A DNA stretch of 64,000 nucleotides from an uncultured Armatimonadia bacterium (GCA_963749155.1 CAVVLO010000001.1:320001-384000), one strand, 5' to 3'. Counted from the stretch's first letter, positions 50,380-61,648 are shown. The notes: a model not told the origin generated them from the sequence alone. Numbers and translations are program-made.

Positions 50380-51627
50380 ATGCCCCTGCCAGTTGTCCTG
50401 TTGATCGGATTAGTGGTGCTGATCGTTGCACTGGCGGCGCCAGGCCACACTTACGACTTCGCAAAGCCTGGGCCGGTGACTCTGGCCGAACTGGCAAGGT
50501 TGCCTCTTGCCGGTGTCACTGCGCACGAAGTTAACGACTATGCCCCTGGCCATTACGAGGGGCCTATGGAACCAAGTCCCCCTCACGCCGATATGAACGC
50601 CAGAAGGGCCCTGGTAATCCGCTGGGAAGACCGCCCCGAACGTTTCATCTTCAGCCATGAGGCCAGCTATTGCCCGCTACTCGAGCTGCCCAGCGGGGCC
50701 GCGATGTGCAACCAGTTCTTCGAGGGCAACCTCGGCGATGCGGAACTCTTCAACGATCCTGGACGCAAGGAACGCAACAGCTATGTGGATGTCGTCGAGG
50801 CTACCTCCCAGCGCGTCTGGGTGCGCTGGACCTACCTCTGCGTGAATATGAACGATGACACTAGCCCCCGCCTGCGAGGCACGGAGGACTATTTTGCCTA
50901 TCCCAACGGCCTGGTGCTGCGCCGGATGAGCTACGAGAGCCTGATGCCGGGCGAGGTGGTCGGCTACAGCACCCAGCCGGTCGAACTCTTCGGCGTCGGT
51001 CCAGTTGGCTCTACGTTGCCGGACCTCTTCCCTCTGGAGGCTACTCACGGCGACTACCTGACCCACCTTGCGCTCGATCTTTATTCCGACAAACGCTATG
51101 CCCTCTACTGGACGGAGGAGGGCGGCGTTCGGCGCGAGGGCGATGACGCGACCCTCGCGGCTATCTCGCGTTCAGGCTGCGCGCTGGTGTTGCCCTTCAA
51201 GGAGAAGCTTCTCTTTGCAGTGCTCGGCCCGGCCAGTGGTTTCGCCCCCGAGCGTAACCAGTTGATAGACCACTGCACCGCCGGCGCCGAAGGCGGCTGC
51301 GGCTGGGGCACAGGCCTCTGGGACCACTGGCCCATCGGCTGGCTCAACTCGCAGACCAGCTATTGGAAGCCAGGCTCCGAGTATCCCTTCAGCTTCGGCT
51401 CTATCGGGCAGTTCTTCGTCCCCCCGGGCGAGCGCATCAAGGCCTTCAGCCCTGACTATTTCGATCTGTGCAAGGATATGGAGAACAACCGCTGGACCGA
51501 ACGGCGCCTCTTCACCGTGCTGCTTGGCGCCGCGGACGACCTGGACGAGGTGCGTCGGATCGGCCGGGCCTGGCTGGACCAGGGCTCCTTCTGCAACCAG
51601 CCGGCCAGCCTGCGCAAGCTGAGGTAA
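50380..51627 (+). CDS. Secreted or membrane-anchored hypothetical protein
   Basis: GAGGAGG RBS, hydrophobic N-terminus, 415 aa with genome-typical codon use. No family recognised. Confidence 0.75.
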   Translation: MPLPVVLLIGLVVLIVALAAPGHTYDFAKPGPVTLAELARLPLAGVTAHEVNDYAPGHYEGPMEPSPPHADMNARRALVIRWEDRPERFIFSHEASYCPLLELPSGAAMCNQFFEGNLGDAELFNDPGRKERNSYVDVVEATSQRVWVRWTYLCVNMNDDTSPRLRGTEDYFAYPNGLVLRRMSYESLMPGEVVGYSTQPVELFGVGPVGSTLPDLFPLEATHGDYLTHLALDLYSDKRYALYWTEEGGVRREGDDATLAAISRSGCALVLPFKEKLLFAVLGPASGFAPERNQLIDHCTAGAEGGCGWGTGLWDHWPIGWLNSQTSYWKPGSEYPFSFGSIGQFFVPPGERIKAFSPDYFDLCKDMENNRWTERRLFTVLLGAADDLDEVRRIGRAWLDQGSFCNQPASLRKLR

Positions 51628-51653
51628 GCCCTACCCTTGGAGGAGGAGCTCTT

Positions 51654-54566
51654 ATGCAATTGCCTTTGATACTAATCCTGCTTCTGCTGACGCTACTAGC
51701 GGCTTTCAGCTTCGCCGCGGATTTGCCTTATGACGCCTATCGCGAGTGGGAGATCGCCTTTGACTTCGCCCAGCGCCTGGACCATGCCACCCAGCTCAAT
51801 ATGCCAGGCGCCAGCGTCCAGACCGAGACAGCCGGAGGCGTGGCGCTGCAGGCTATCTTTCAGCACTCCAATCTGGAGGGGCCGGGTGTCTCTACCCTCG
51901 TTTATGACCAGGTCGAACTGCCCGAGCTGGCCGCCGGAGAGCGCCTCCTCTTCGTGTTTGGTATCGGTTTCCCCGACCGGCTGGGCGACTTGCCCAGTTT
52001 CGATGGGTGCGGCTTCTCCCTCGAGATTGCCGGGGCAGAGGTTTTTTCAAAAGAATGGACCGCAGCGCCAGTGGGATTTCCATGAGGTGGACCTTTCGGA
52101 CTTGGCTGGCCAGAAGGTAAACGTGAGCTTCTACGTCGACCGACTGACAACCTCCAACGCCGACTGGGCCAACTGGGCGCAGCCGCGTATCTACATCGTC
52201 GGTCGCCCGCGAGTCCTGCCCGAAGGGCCGAAGTCCAGTTCGCTGCTGGTCGAGGCTCTGCTTGCAAAACCAATTCCTGACCGCATCGTGTCACAGACCG
52301 ATGGGGAAGCCGGCACAGTCGTTCTAGCGACCCTCGACCCAGGGCTTGACCTGCCCTGGCAGCTTTCGCGGTTGGCCGCTGAAACTGGCCCGGCCCCTGT
52401 GCCTCTGGCTCCGCGTCTGGTGGTGGGGGAGGGCCCCGACCCCGAGAACCACACCTTCGTCAAGGTGCTCTCTCAATATGGCCTGGCCGACCTGCAATTT
52501 CTGGCTTTCCCGCCCGAGGTGCGCGGCGGGGTGGCTGTCCGAATCGCGAAGCTGCCCACTGGCCAGCAGGTAATCATGGCGACCGCGCTAGCCCAAAGTC
52601 TGCCCTCGCGCGTCTTCGACCTGGCGGGAGTGTTCCTTGGAGAAGCCTCCCAGCTTGGCCTTGCCCCTCCTCCTGCCGATTTTGGCGCGGCAGAATTTGC
52701 TTCTGCTTTCGAGGGCGAACGGCTGCAATCAGTTGCCGACCCTTACCGGAGCCTCTTGCGTTCGGTGAGCAATTCCGGGACCCGGCTGCTGGATGTCGGC
52801 GCAAGGGAAAATGACTTCTGGTATTGCTGGTATCCCTGGAAGGAAGAACGTCCCGAGGCGGAGCGCAACTCCGACCACATCAGATTCGCCGAGTATCGCC
52901 ATCTCCGCACCGATTATGCGACCCCGGCCCGTATGCAAGCCGACTTCGAGACCAATGACGACTTCGAAGCCTGGGCGGGTGAGGGGCTGCGCAACGCAAT
53001 GGCGGGCAGTTTCAACGATTACAACACCGCCCCCCCCGTTATGTGGGAGCCCTGTTTCACTCATCGCTGGGCCAAGCCGCTTTTCCAGTCCTGGATAGAT
53101 CTCAAAGAGGCCGAGACTGGCCTGCCCAAATATGGGATGCTCACCCGCAACAACAACGTGGATGAATATGGCGAGTTTGGCCGGATTGATTTCTACGGGG
53201 GCACCTATGCTTTCGGCTGGCCGGCTGTGGACGGCTCTATGTCTGGCCTTTGCGGTCGGCTCTGCGCCAGCTCGCGCCGCTCTTCCGGGCCAATCCCGAG
53301 CATTTCGTTGCCGTCGAGCCGAACCACGAGCAGGAGATAGCCGTGCAGGCCGAAGGCACTCAGGGCGACTACAACCTCAAGATGATTGAGGGCTTCTTCC
53401 AATACCTGGCCGAACGCACTGGCCGCGACATCGAAGCCCTCCGGCAGGAATATGGCGCTCCCTTCGAGGGCTATTTCGACGCTCCACGCGACTGGGAGCG
53501 GGCTGATTGGGACGCCTATTCTGGCGATAATCCTTTCTTCAAGGCCTGGATAGACTATAACCGCTACATCGTCAACCGCCGCCTTGCGGAAACTTATCGC
53601 GAAGCGCTGCTTGCCGGCTTCCCGCCCGAGGCCATCAAGAGCCATCAGATTCCCGACCGCTATGCGATAGGCGGGCTTGCGGCCTTCAGCAGCGTCACCA
53701 ACCGCCACACGCCGATTGACTATGCGATGAACGCCGGTATTGGTTATGGCTACACGCGGTATGGCGTCTGGTATCAGGAGCAGCACAATGTCCAGCAGGG
53801 CGCCTGGTCCAGTGGCTTCGATCAAGTGATAATCGGCGAATACCAGGCGCTGACAACAGAGGTCGAGGACGCTTACGGCCAGCTTCGTTATATCTTCGAC
53901 CACGGCGGGCAGGGCGTGCATTGTATGGTCTGGCCCGATGACACCTTCAACGGCACAATGGCTCAGGCGCTGGACCAGCTCCTCGAGGAAGACCCTCTCC
54001 GGCCCGGCATCACGGGGGGAGTCGGGCAGGTCAGGCCTTTCGTGGAAGGCGACCGGCGCTTCAACCTGGTCAGCCTGGGCACCGGCCCCGAGCGCACTGG
54101 CCTCATCAAGAGCGTAGATGCCGCAGGCGCCTGGGAGGGCAGCGTCTATGTCGTGCCTTTCCACGCCCATCTCGAAGCCGAGGTGCTGGAACTCGCTGGA
54201 GACGAGTCTGGCTTCAGCGTTGGGCCCCTCTCAGGACTCGACTCGGGTCAGCAGGTAGAGGTAACTTTCGAGGCCCGCGCAACAGGCTCGAGGGGCACGA
54301 TAACCTTTAACGCGCTTGCGGGGAGCGTCCCGCTCGAAGGGCTTGAAGCCACTGTGCAAGTCGGCTCCAACTGGAAGCCAGTCCGTTATGTGCTGCGCGT
54401 CCCGCTGCCTTTCGATAATCTCGTTATCCAGGTCACTTGCGAAGGCGCCGAGTTGCTTGCGCCGCTTGCGGTACTCGAGACCGAGCAGACCACCAAGGTC
54501 TATACCGGCAAGCTGGACGGCCAGCGCCACAAGGGCGGCGTCACTTTCGATGTGATTTCCAACTAG
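51654..54566 (+). CDS. Large secreted hypothetical protein: N-terminal beta-sandwich, GH42-like C-terminal barrel (frameshifts near 52065 and 53235)
   Basis: GGAGGAG RBS and signal peptide; three overlapping ORFs join; NADWANWAQPR (NPCBM-like end), EPNHEQE, FFQYL....DIEAL...YG, IIGEYQ. Confidence 0.65.
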
Positions 54567-54581
54567 ATGGGGGAGCATCAA

Positions 54582-56578
54582 ATGAAGTCAACGCTCATCT
54601 CGCTACGCATCGGCACGCCCTTCTGGTTTCCCGAGGAGGGTTGCGAGGGCCTGCTGCGTTCTCTGGCGCCTTACACCCCGCCGCTGGAGGAGGTCGCTCT
54701 CTTCACCAGCTTCACGCACCCACCGGTGCCACTGGAACGACTGCGCACAGTGGCTGACCGCGCCGGCGAAGTAATGCCGCGCTTCCGCGAGCTTGGATTG
54801 CGCGCTGGAATCAACCTGCTTTCGGTCTATGGGCACCTGGACGAGAATCTCGACAACTCGCTTCAAGGCCCTTTCCAGCGGATGATGGACCTCGAGGGCA
54901 ACACCGGCCAGGGGTCTTTCTGCCCGCTCGACCCTGGTCTTCAGGATTACGCCCGGCAAGGGCTTATCGCGCTGGCCAAATCAGCACCTGACTTCATCTG
55001 GATTGACGATGACTTGCGGCTGGAAGGCCACGGCCCCGTCGGATTTGCCTGTTTCTGCGACCGGTGTCTGGCGCGCTTCGGCGAGGAGACCGGCCGTAGC
55101 TGGACTCGCGCAACGCTGAGGCAAGCTTTCGCTGGCCGCGAGAGCCTGCCCCTGCGCCGTGCCTGGCTCGCTCACAACCGCAGTGCTGCTTCGCGGCACA
55201 CTGGAACTCCTCCGCGCTGCCGTGGATGAGGTAAATCCAACTCTCCAGCTTGGCCTGATGAGCGGTGAGGCCACTTACAGCGGACTGGGCTTTGGCGAGT
55301 TGCTTGCGGCGCTTAGTAGCGAAGCCGCAGGCCCTGCCTGCTATCGGCCTGGAGGGGGTTTCTACCAGGACCACTCGCCCACCGACCTCGTGGATAAAGC
55401 CCACGGTATCGGCCGTCAGGTGGCCTTTGCCGGGCCTGCGATACTCAATATCCAGAGCGAGCTTGAGAATTTCCCTTATTGCCGCCTGACCAAAAGCACG
55501 ACTACCGTCTTCAACGAAGTAGCCACCTATATCGCCGCGGGCTGCACGGGCACCGCCCTCAACTTGCTGGGCGGGCTGGATGAGCAGCACGGCCTGGGCG
55601 AGTATGAGGACTACCTGAAGCGGATGGCGGACGTGGCGCCCTTCCTCGCGAAGGAGGTCTCCCTGTTCGGTCGCAGCGCCTGCGAGGGCCTCTGGCCGGC
55701 TCTTACACGTGATGTCTTCGCGGCAACCAATCCGGACGGTGACTGGTTGAACGCCCCTGCCTGGGGGAGCCGCGCCGCCTTCGCGCAGGAGCTTTCTCTT
55801 ATCGGCTTGCCGCTCGCTTATCAACGTGAATCAGCCTCCCTCGCCCTGCTCTCGGGCGATAATGTGCTGGCTTTTTCGAAGGAAGAACTGACTGAACTCC
55901 TCTCTGGGGGGTTGCTGCTGGATGCGCCAGCCCTTGCGCGCCTGCAAGAGCTTGGCCTCGGTGAGCACACAGGCTTCGCCCTTGCTGGACAGCGCGCTGA
56001 TGATACGTTGGAGGTCTTCGGCGATGACGAGTTGAGCGGAGCCTTCCCTGGCTGGGAGCGCGACTGCCGCCAGTCCTTCCGAGCCTGGTGGCAGCCTGGC
56101 TGGCTGCTGGAGCCTCTTTCGCAGGCTGCACGGCCTCTCTCTCGCGCTGTAGATTACGCCGGTAAAGATTATGGGGCGCTCGCGGGAGCCTTCGAAAACA
56201 CCCTTGGCGGGCGCGTGGCAATCCTCGGGTACTACCCCTGGAGCTATCAGCTCTGGCGAGGCTCGAGTGACAGGCTGAAGCGTCTGGCCCGCTGGCTTTC
56301 GCGCGATTCTCTGCCCGCCTGGTGTCGCGAGCCACCACCGGATGCCGCTCTGGGTGAGGCGCGATGAAGAAGGCAGACCGGCGCTTTTTGCCCTGAACGC
56401 CAGCCTTGATGCTGCCGAAGGGTGCCAGATTGCGGTCAAGGCTTCCGGCCCGGCGCGTTTTATTCCGGTCAGTGGAACTGAACAACGCCTGGAGCCAGGC
56501 GTCCAGCAAGGCGGCTATACCTTGTACGAACTGCCTTTGCTTGCGCCCTGGCAACCGGCGCTAGTGGCCTTCGACTAG
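54582..56578 (+). CDS. Cytoplasmic putative glycoside hydrolase, TIM barrel with GH42-like trimerisation region (frameshifts near 55185 and 56335)
   Basis: FCPLDP, FIWIDDDLRL, CFCDRC, RPGGGFY, QSELENFP, FENTLGGRVAILGY.PW across three overlapping ORFs. Confidence 0.65.
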
Positions 56579-56591
56579 CCCTGGCTGTCGG

Positions 56592-56621
56592 TTGACGGCT
56601 TTGCGGCCCTGAGAATAATAT
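56592..56621 (+). promoter_or_regulatory. sigma70-like promoter TTGACG-N18-TAATAT
   Basis: Near-consensus -35 and TAnnnT -10 about 100 nt before ATG 56725. Confidence 0.45.
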
Positions 56622-56724
56622 AGAACTCGCTTTGTTTGCAGTTCGACCTGGACAGTCTCGATCTCGCCTGGCCCATCTGATGCAGTGAAGTCGATCGGAT
56701 TTTTCCGCTGGAAAGGGAGATAAA

Positions 56725-57705
56725 ATGCAGAACTTAAAATTCGGCGCCTGTTTGCCGACCTTTGATTCATGCGCTGACAGGTATTGCCTGTCCGGTTATG
56801 GGCCGAAAAGAAGCCTGGACGAGATGTTCGAACGGGCATCCCAGGTAAAAGCTCTCACCGGGGTTGAACTGGTCGGAAACTGGCATCTCAACGACGATAA
56901 CTTCGAGCATATTAAGCAGACACTTGCCAGATACAACCTCGAAGTCAGTATGATGGTGCCCGACCTCTGGACGCAGGCCAAGTGGGGGAAGGGCTCCTTC
57001 GCCTCGAAGGACGCGAAGGTCAGGAAAGAAGCGGTCAAGGAAGTCACCAAAGTCATGGATATGGCGGCCGACATAGGCTGCGACAAGGTGGATGTGTGGC
57101 TGGGCCAGGATGGGTTCGACTACTCCTTCCAGTCTGACTATGTTGAAGACTGGAATAATATCGTGGAGTGCACAAAAGAGTGCGCAGCTCACCGGCGCGA
57201 CATCAAGGTCTGCATCGAATACAAGCTGAAAGAACCTAGGTCGCACTGCTATGTAGACTCGGCGGCGAAATCTCTGTTGCTCATCAACGAGGTCCAGCAG
57301 GAGAACGTAGGGATACTGCTCGATGTGGGCCATTCGATTGCAGCAGGTGAGAACCCGGCGGAGGCAGCCGCCCTGATCAGCAGATACAAGAACAAGCTGT
57401 TCTACATACATCTCAACGATAACTACAGGTCCTGGGACGATGACCTGATGTTCGGTTCCGTAAATACCATCACGCTGCTCGAGTTTATGTACTGGCTGGA
57501 CGAGCTAGGGTACGATGACTATTACACGCTCGACATTTTCCCTTACAGGGAAGATGGGATTCGGGCCGCGGAAGAATCCATCGAGTGGGTTAAAGGAATG
57601 AAACGCCTGCTCGACAGGATGGGAAGAGAGACCATAAAAGAGGTTCTGCAGTCAGGCGATGCGACCGAGGCCATGAGGCTGATCCGCGAAGCTATCTGTG
57701 CATAA
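56725..57705 (+). CDS. Xylose isomerase-like TIM-barrel sugar isomerase/epimerase
   Basis: WLGQDGFDY, IEYKLKEPRSH, LDVGH, IHLNDNYRSWDDDL, LDIFPYRE; AGGGAG RBS. Confidence 0.9.
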   Translation: MQNLKFGACLPTFDSCADRYCLSGYGPKRSLDEMFERASQVKALTGVELVGNWHLNDDNFEHIKQTLARYNLEVSMMVPDLWTQAKWGKGSFASKDAKVRKEAVKEVTKVMDMAADIGCDKVDVWLGQDGFDYSFQSDYVEDWNNIVECTKECAAHRRDIKVCIEYKLKEPRSHCYVDSAAKSLLLINEVQQENVGILLDVGHSIAAGENPAEAAALISRYKNKLFYIHLNDNYRSWDDDLMFGSVNTITLLEFMYWLDELGYDDYYTLDIFPYREDGIRAAEESIEWVKGMKRLLDRMGRETIKEVLQSGDATEAMRLIREAICA

Positions 57706-57724
57706 TGTGATCAGGGAGACCAGG

Positions 57725-58417
57725 ATGTACAACGAGAAAGACCTTGAGGAAGTAGTAGCCGGTGTCATTAAGAAATGCATCCCGGACCTGGGGCAGACGC
57801 CCAACGTTCATCCCAGGGCGAAGATATTCGAGATAGGCAGGCTTATCTATGACAGGAACCTGTCTGATGCGGCGGGGGGCAACCTGAGCTGCCGTCATGC
57901 GGGGAAAATCTACCTGACCCCCCGCTATATGGGGGAGCAGCACCGTTATAACGTGCAGCATGACGAGATCATATCAACCAACCTGGATGGCTCGATTGTT
58001 GAAGGCGATGCCGCAATGGTAACCCGGGAGGGCTCCGCCCACTATGCGGTGTACAGGAAATACCCCCAGGTAAACGGCATCATCCATGCCCACCCGAGGA
58101 ACATCCTTCCCTTCGCGACGGTCGGTGTCACGATCCCTCCGATAACCGAGATGCTGGAACACTTCGGCGTCGGCGAGATAGAGATATGCGAGCGGGCCGA
58201 TCCGGCAACCCCCAGACTCGCAGAGACGGTATTAGATTACCTGAGCAGGAAAGAGGAGGCGTTGAACAGGTTCGGAGCAGCGGTTATGATTCCCAAGCAC
58301 GGCATACTGGTGGCTGGGAAGGACCTTGACTACGCCTATGCAATACTCGAAAGCATAGAGACTGCAGCCTATGTCTATATGCATTCGTGCATCCTGAAGG
58401 GCATATGTAAAATCTGA
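57725..58417 (+). CDS. Class II aldolase/adducin family protein (FucA-like)
   Basis: GGNLS, TRE...HYAVY, IIHAHP, IPKHG..V.G.DL..A....E.IE (Zn-binding His pattern). Confidence 0.9.
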   Translation: MYNEKDLEEVVAGVIKKCIPDLGQTPNVHPRAKIFEIGRLIYDRNLSDAAGGNLSCRHAGKIYLTPRYMGEQHRYNVQHDEIISTNLDGSIVEGDAAMVTREGSAHYAVYRKYPQVNGIIHAHPRNILPFATVGVTIPPITEMLEHFGVGEIEICERADPATPRLAETVLDYLSRKEEALNRFGAAVMIPKHGILVAGKDLDYAYAILESIETAAYVYMHSCILKGICKI

Positions 58418-58428
58418 TATTTCTCTTC

Positions 58429-58457
58429 GGCCCCTGGAGCCAGGCGCTCCGGGGGCC
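58429..58457. terminator. Terminator-like hairpin between convergent genes
   Basis: GGCCCCTGGAGC-caggc-GCTCCGGGGGCC followed by TCTTCTT. Confidence 0.7.
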
Positions 58458-58468
58458 TCTTCTTGCGA

Positions 58469-59992
58469 CTAGTCTTCTGTTGACGGTGGAGAAGCAGCTT
58501 CCTCAGCGGTCCTGGTAGCCTGTCTCAGGCCGCTATGCCGCGCTCCGTAGAGGAAGTATATAACCAGGCCGATAAGCAGCCAGACGCCCAGTCGCACCCA
58601 GTTAACGGTGGGTAGTGACAGCATCAAGGTCAGGCAGAAAAGCACGCCCATAATCGGCACGAAAGGCACCCAGGGGCAGCGGAAGGGCCGCGCCGCATCG
58701 GGGTCTCTCTTCCTCATCACCAGCACCGCCACGCACACGACCAGGAAGGCCAGCAGCGTGCCGATGTTGACCAGCTCCGCCAGTATGCGCAGTGGAAGCA
58801 CAGCCGCCAGCAGGCAGACCACCAGCCCGTTCAGCAGAGTGCCCTTCCAGGGGGTGCGAAACTTTTCGTGCACCGCTCCAAAGAATCGCTTCGGCAATAG
58901 CCCATCGCGCGCCATCGCGAGCATCACGCGCGGCTGGCCCAGCATCAGCGCGAGCAGCACTGTTGTGATTCCGACCACCGCGCCGACCGCTATCAGCATC
59001 TGCGCCCAGGGCAGCCCCACCTGGGCAAAAGCCTCTGCGACAGGGGCGCCGAGGTCCATCTGACTAGCTGGCACCATCCCTGTCAGCACGACGGTTACGG
59101 CCACATAAAGCACCGTGCAGATAAGCAGCGAACCAATAATCCCAATTGGCACGTCGCGCTGAGGATTACGCGCCTCTTCCGAATGCGCAGACACCGTGTC
59201 GAAGCCGATATAAGCATAGAAGGCGATCGCAGCTCCCGCGAGCATACCGACAGGTACCCCTTCGCTGCCCGCCTGGCCCAGGGTGAATCCAAAGATGGAC
59301 AGGCCGCCCCAGCCAAAGGGGGCAAAGGGATGCCAGTTGGCCGGGTCGATATAGAAGACACCGACCACGATGACAAACACCACCACGGCCAGCTTGAACA
59401 GCACCATCACATTGTTGACCAGGGTGCTCTCGCGGATGCCCTTTACCAGTAGTAGCGTTAGCACAACGATTATCAGCACAGCCGGCAGGTCGATAATCTG
59501 GCCAGTGCCAAAGATATAACCTGTGGCAGGTTCCATATCTATTGGCGGGCCTGCCAGCGACTCAGGGATTATGATGCCGAGCGATTCCAGCAGGTTGCGC
59601 GCGTAACTCGACCAGCCGCTCGCTACCGAGGCCGCCGCGACTGTGTATTCGAGCAGCAGATCCCAGCCGATAATCCAGGCGAACAACTCGCCCAATGTGG
59701 CGTAGGAATACGTATACGCCGAACCCGCCACCGGCACCATCGAAGCGAATTCCGCATAGCACAGCGCCGCCAGAGCGCATGCCGTGCCGGCCACCACGTA
59801 GGAGAGGGAGAGCGCTGGGCCTGCTTTGTCATGCGCGGCAACGCCTGTCATTACGAAGATGCCTGCCCCGATGATGCACCCAATGCCCAGGCTGATAAGC
59901 GCCCAGGAGGTGAGTACTCGCTTAAGGCGATGATCGCCCGCTTCCTCCGCGAGCAATTGAGCTACTGGCTTCCTGGCGAAGAGGTTACTCAT
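58469..59992 (-). CDS. APC-superfamily amino acid permease (cationic amino acid transporter-like)
   Basis: LGIGCIIGAGIFV.TG, AGPA, YAEFASMVPVAGSAYTY, GWDLLLEY, AYIGFD.VS...EE.RNPQRD.P, RV..AMARDGLLP. Confidence 0.95.
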   Translation of the reverse strand: MSNLFARKPVAQLLAEEAGDHRLKRVLTSWALISLGIGCIIGAGIFVMTGVAAHDKAGPALSLSYVVAGTACALAALCYAEFASMVPVAGSAYTYSYATLGELFAWIIGWDLLLEYTVAAASVASGWSSYARNLLESLGIIIPESLAGPPIDMEPATGYIFGTGQIIDLPAVLIIVVLTLLLVKGIRESTLVNNVMVLFKLAVVVFVIVVGVFYIDPANWHPFAPFGWGGLSIFGFTLGQAGSEGVPVGMLAGAAIAFYAYIGFDTVSAHSEEARNPQRDVPIGIIGSLLICTVLYVAVTVVLTGMVPASQMDLGAPVAEAFAQVGLPWAQMLIAVGAVVGITTVLLALMLGQPRVMLAMARDGLLPKRFFGAVHEKFRTPWKGTLLNGLVVCLLAAVLPLRILAELVNIGTLLAFLVVCVAVLVMRKRDPDAARPFRCPWVPFVPIMGVLFCLTLMLSLPTVNWVRLGVWLLIGLVIYFLYGARHSGLRQATRTAEEAASPPSTED

Positions 59993-60043
59993 GCTGTGTC
60001 CCCCCGGAACAGCTACCTGACCAGCTAACGAGCCTGATGGGTA

Positions 60044-60069
60044 TTAGCGAAAAGTCACTCTCCTCCTGC
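60044..60069 (-). promoter_or_regulatory. sigmaH-like promoter motif GCAGGA-N15-GCTAA(T) upstream of the permease
   Basis: Motif copy in the 83-nt gap. Confidence 0.55.
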
Positions 60070-60075
60070 CCGGTT

Positions 60076-61593
60076 TTAGTCACTCCCCGCAGTGGATATT
60101 GCTGCCAGGGGCGCACCTGCCTCAGCAAGTTCATCCAGCGTCAGAAAGTCTGTATCGTTGTAGGCTGCTGCAAGCGCTTCCTGGGGGTTCCACACGCCAT
60201 CTGCTACATAAGGGCCTGTCCAGGTGCAGAACCACAGCCAGCGCGCCTCAAGCACCCGCATCGTCTCTGGGCTTGGAATGGTGCCATTCTCGGTCATTGC
60301 CACTAGCTTCTGGCCACCGAAGGTGGTCTGCAACTCATCCCATTCGCCCGAGCCTGCAGCTGCCGATGCTCCCCCTTCTTTATATTGGTCCCAGCCCACG
60401 ATGTCCACCACATCATCACCTGGATACCAGTCTGGTTGGCTCGGGCCATTGCTCAGTACCCAGATCAGGTTGTGTAGCCCGTGATGCACTGTGAGGCGTT
60501 CATAAAGCAGTCGCCAGAGCTTTACGAAGGGTTCTGGGCCTTTGGCGCCCCACCAGAACCATCTGCCGGAGGCCTCATGCAGCGGCCTGAATAGCACCGG
60601 CACCTTCGCATCACTCAGCTTGCGCAACTCCTCCGCGATCGCATCGATATCTCTTAACAGCAACTGATAACGCTCCGAATCCGGGTCCGCCAGTGCTGCT
60701 GCTACATCAAAGGTCGTCGCTTTGGTGTAAAAACCTGCCCACCATTCTTTACCGGGTTCATCTAGCAGGTCCGCAGGCGCGTTCCAGTGCCAGCTCAGGG
60801 CTACCAGCCCTTGGCGACCCCAAAGCACTGCCTGCTCGGTCATCTCGCCTGGATTCGCCCCGCGCTCTCTGCGTGAAGGGGAGTAGTCCATGAAGTCATA
60901 ACTGCGCAGTGCCGGCTGTTTGCCTGTTGCTTCCAGGATGAGATTGAGCTCCTTGTCACCGCCCATCTGCTGGCCTGTGATGGTGTAGCTGCCATAGATA
61001 CTCTGAAGCCACGTAAAAAGCGCCTTTGCCTCGGGTGAGGCGTCTGGATCACCTAGCTCACTCTTCACAGGCAGGGGGGCCTTCACTTCGACCTTAGTGA
61101 GCCGAAGTTGGTCTACGTTGTACCAGCCCCATCCTTGGTTGATGCGAAGGGTATGCAGGCCTGCTGATAAGGCGAGTTTACCTGCTGAGGTTTCGGCCCA
61201 CTTGCCCTCTGCAGTCTGTTCGAACAGCCCCCCACCCGCGCCTTGTCCATCTACGGCCAGGTCGAAGCCTTTTTCCCCAAAGGGGGAAGCATAACGTATC
61301 ACCACTTGCCAGACGCCTTTGATGGGTACTTCGATGTCCACTTCCACCGCATCTGAGGCGGAATCGAAGCTTGTCACATAACCTGTCCCGCAGTAGCCAG
61401 CAAGGGCAGTGTCGACCTCGGTGCCAATCAGCCGCCCCGATTCGAATTCGGCTAGTAGCGCCTCAGACTGTGCCCACCCCTGGAGGTTGGGCAAGATTAG
61501 AAACCCACAGAGGCCAAGAAGCCTTAGAGCATGTCTCCAGACTGGTTTTGATTCAGGCTCTGAGGAGGACCGAAAGCTCAGTTGATTTTTCAA
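60076..61593 (-). CDS. Secreted GH26 beta-mannanase with N-terminal CBM35
   Basis: GY.GTGYVT, GWGWYNVD (CBM35); YDFMDYSPSR, WHWNAP, FRPLHEASG.WFWWG, WYPGDDVVDIVG.D.Y, AMTENG. Confidence 0.93.
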   Translation of the reverse strand: MKNQLSFRSSSEPESKPVWRHALRLLGLCGFLILPNLQGWAQSEALLAEFESGRLIGTEVDTALAGYCGTGYVTSFDSASDAVEVDIEVPIKGVWQVVIRYASPFGEKGFDLAVDGQGAGGGLFEQTAEGKWAETSAGKLALSAGLHTLRINQGWGWYNVDQLRLTKVEVKAPLPVKSELGDPDASPEAKALFTWLQSIYGSYTITGQQMGGDKELNLILEATGKQPALRSYDFMDYSPSRRERGANPGEMTEQAVLWGRQGLVALSWHWNAPADLLDEPGKEWWAGFYTKATTFDVAAALADPDSERYQLLLRDIDAIAEELRKLSDAKVPVLFRPLHEASGRWFWWGAKGPEPFVKLWRLLYERLTVHHGLHNLIWVLSNGPSQPDWYPGDDVVDIVGWDQYKEGGASAAAGSGEWDELQTTFGGQKLVAMTENGTIPSPETMRVLEARWLWFCTWTGPYVADGVWNPQEALAAAYNDTDFLTLDELAEAGAPLAAISTAGSD

Positions 61594-61648
61594 ACGGCAT
61601 CACTAGTGTAGAAAAATTGCCAGACACATAAAGTGGCCGGGATCTGGG

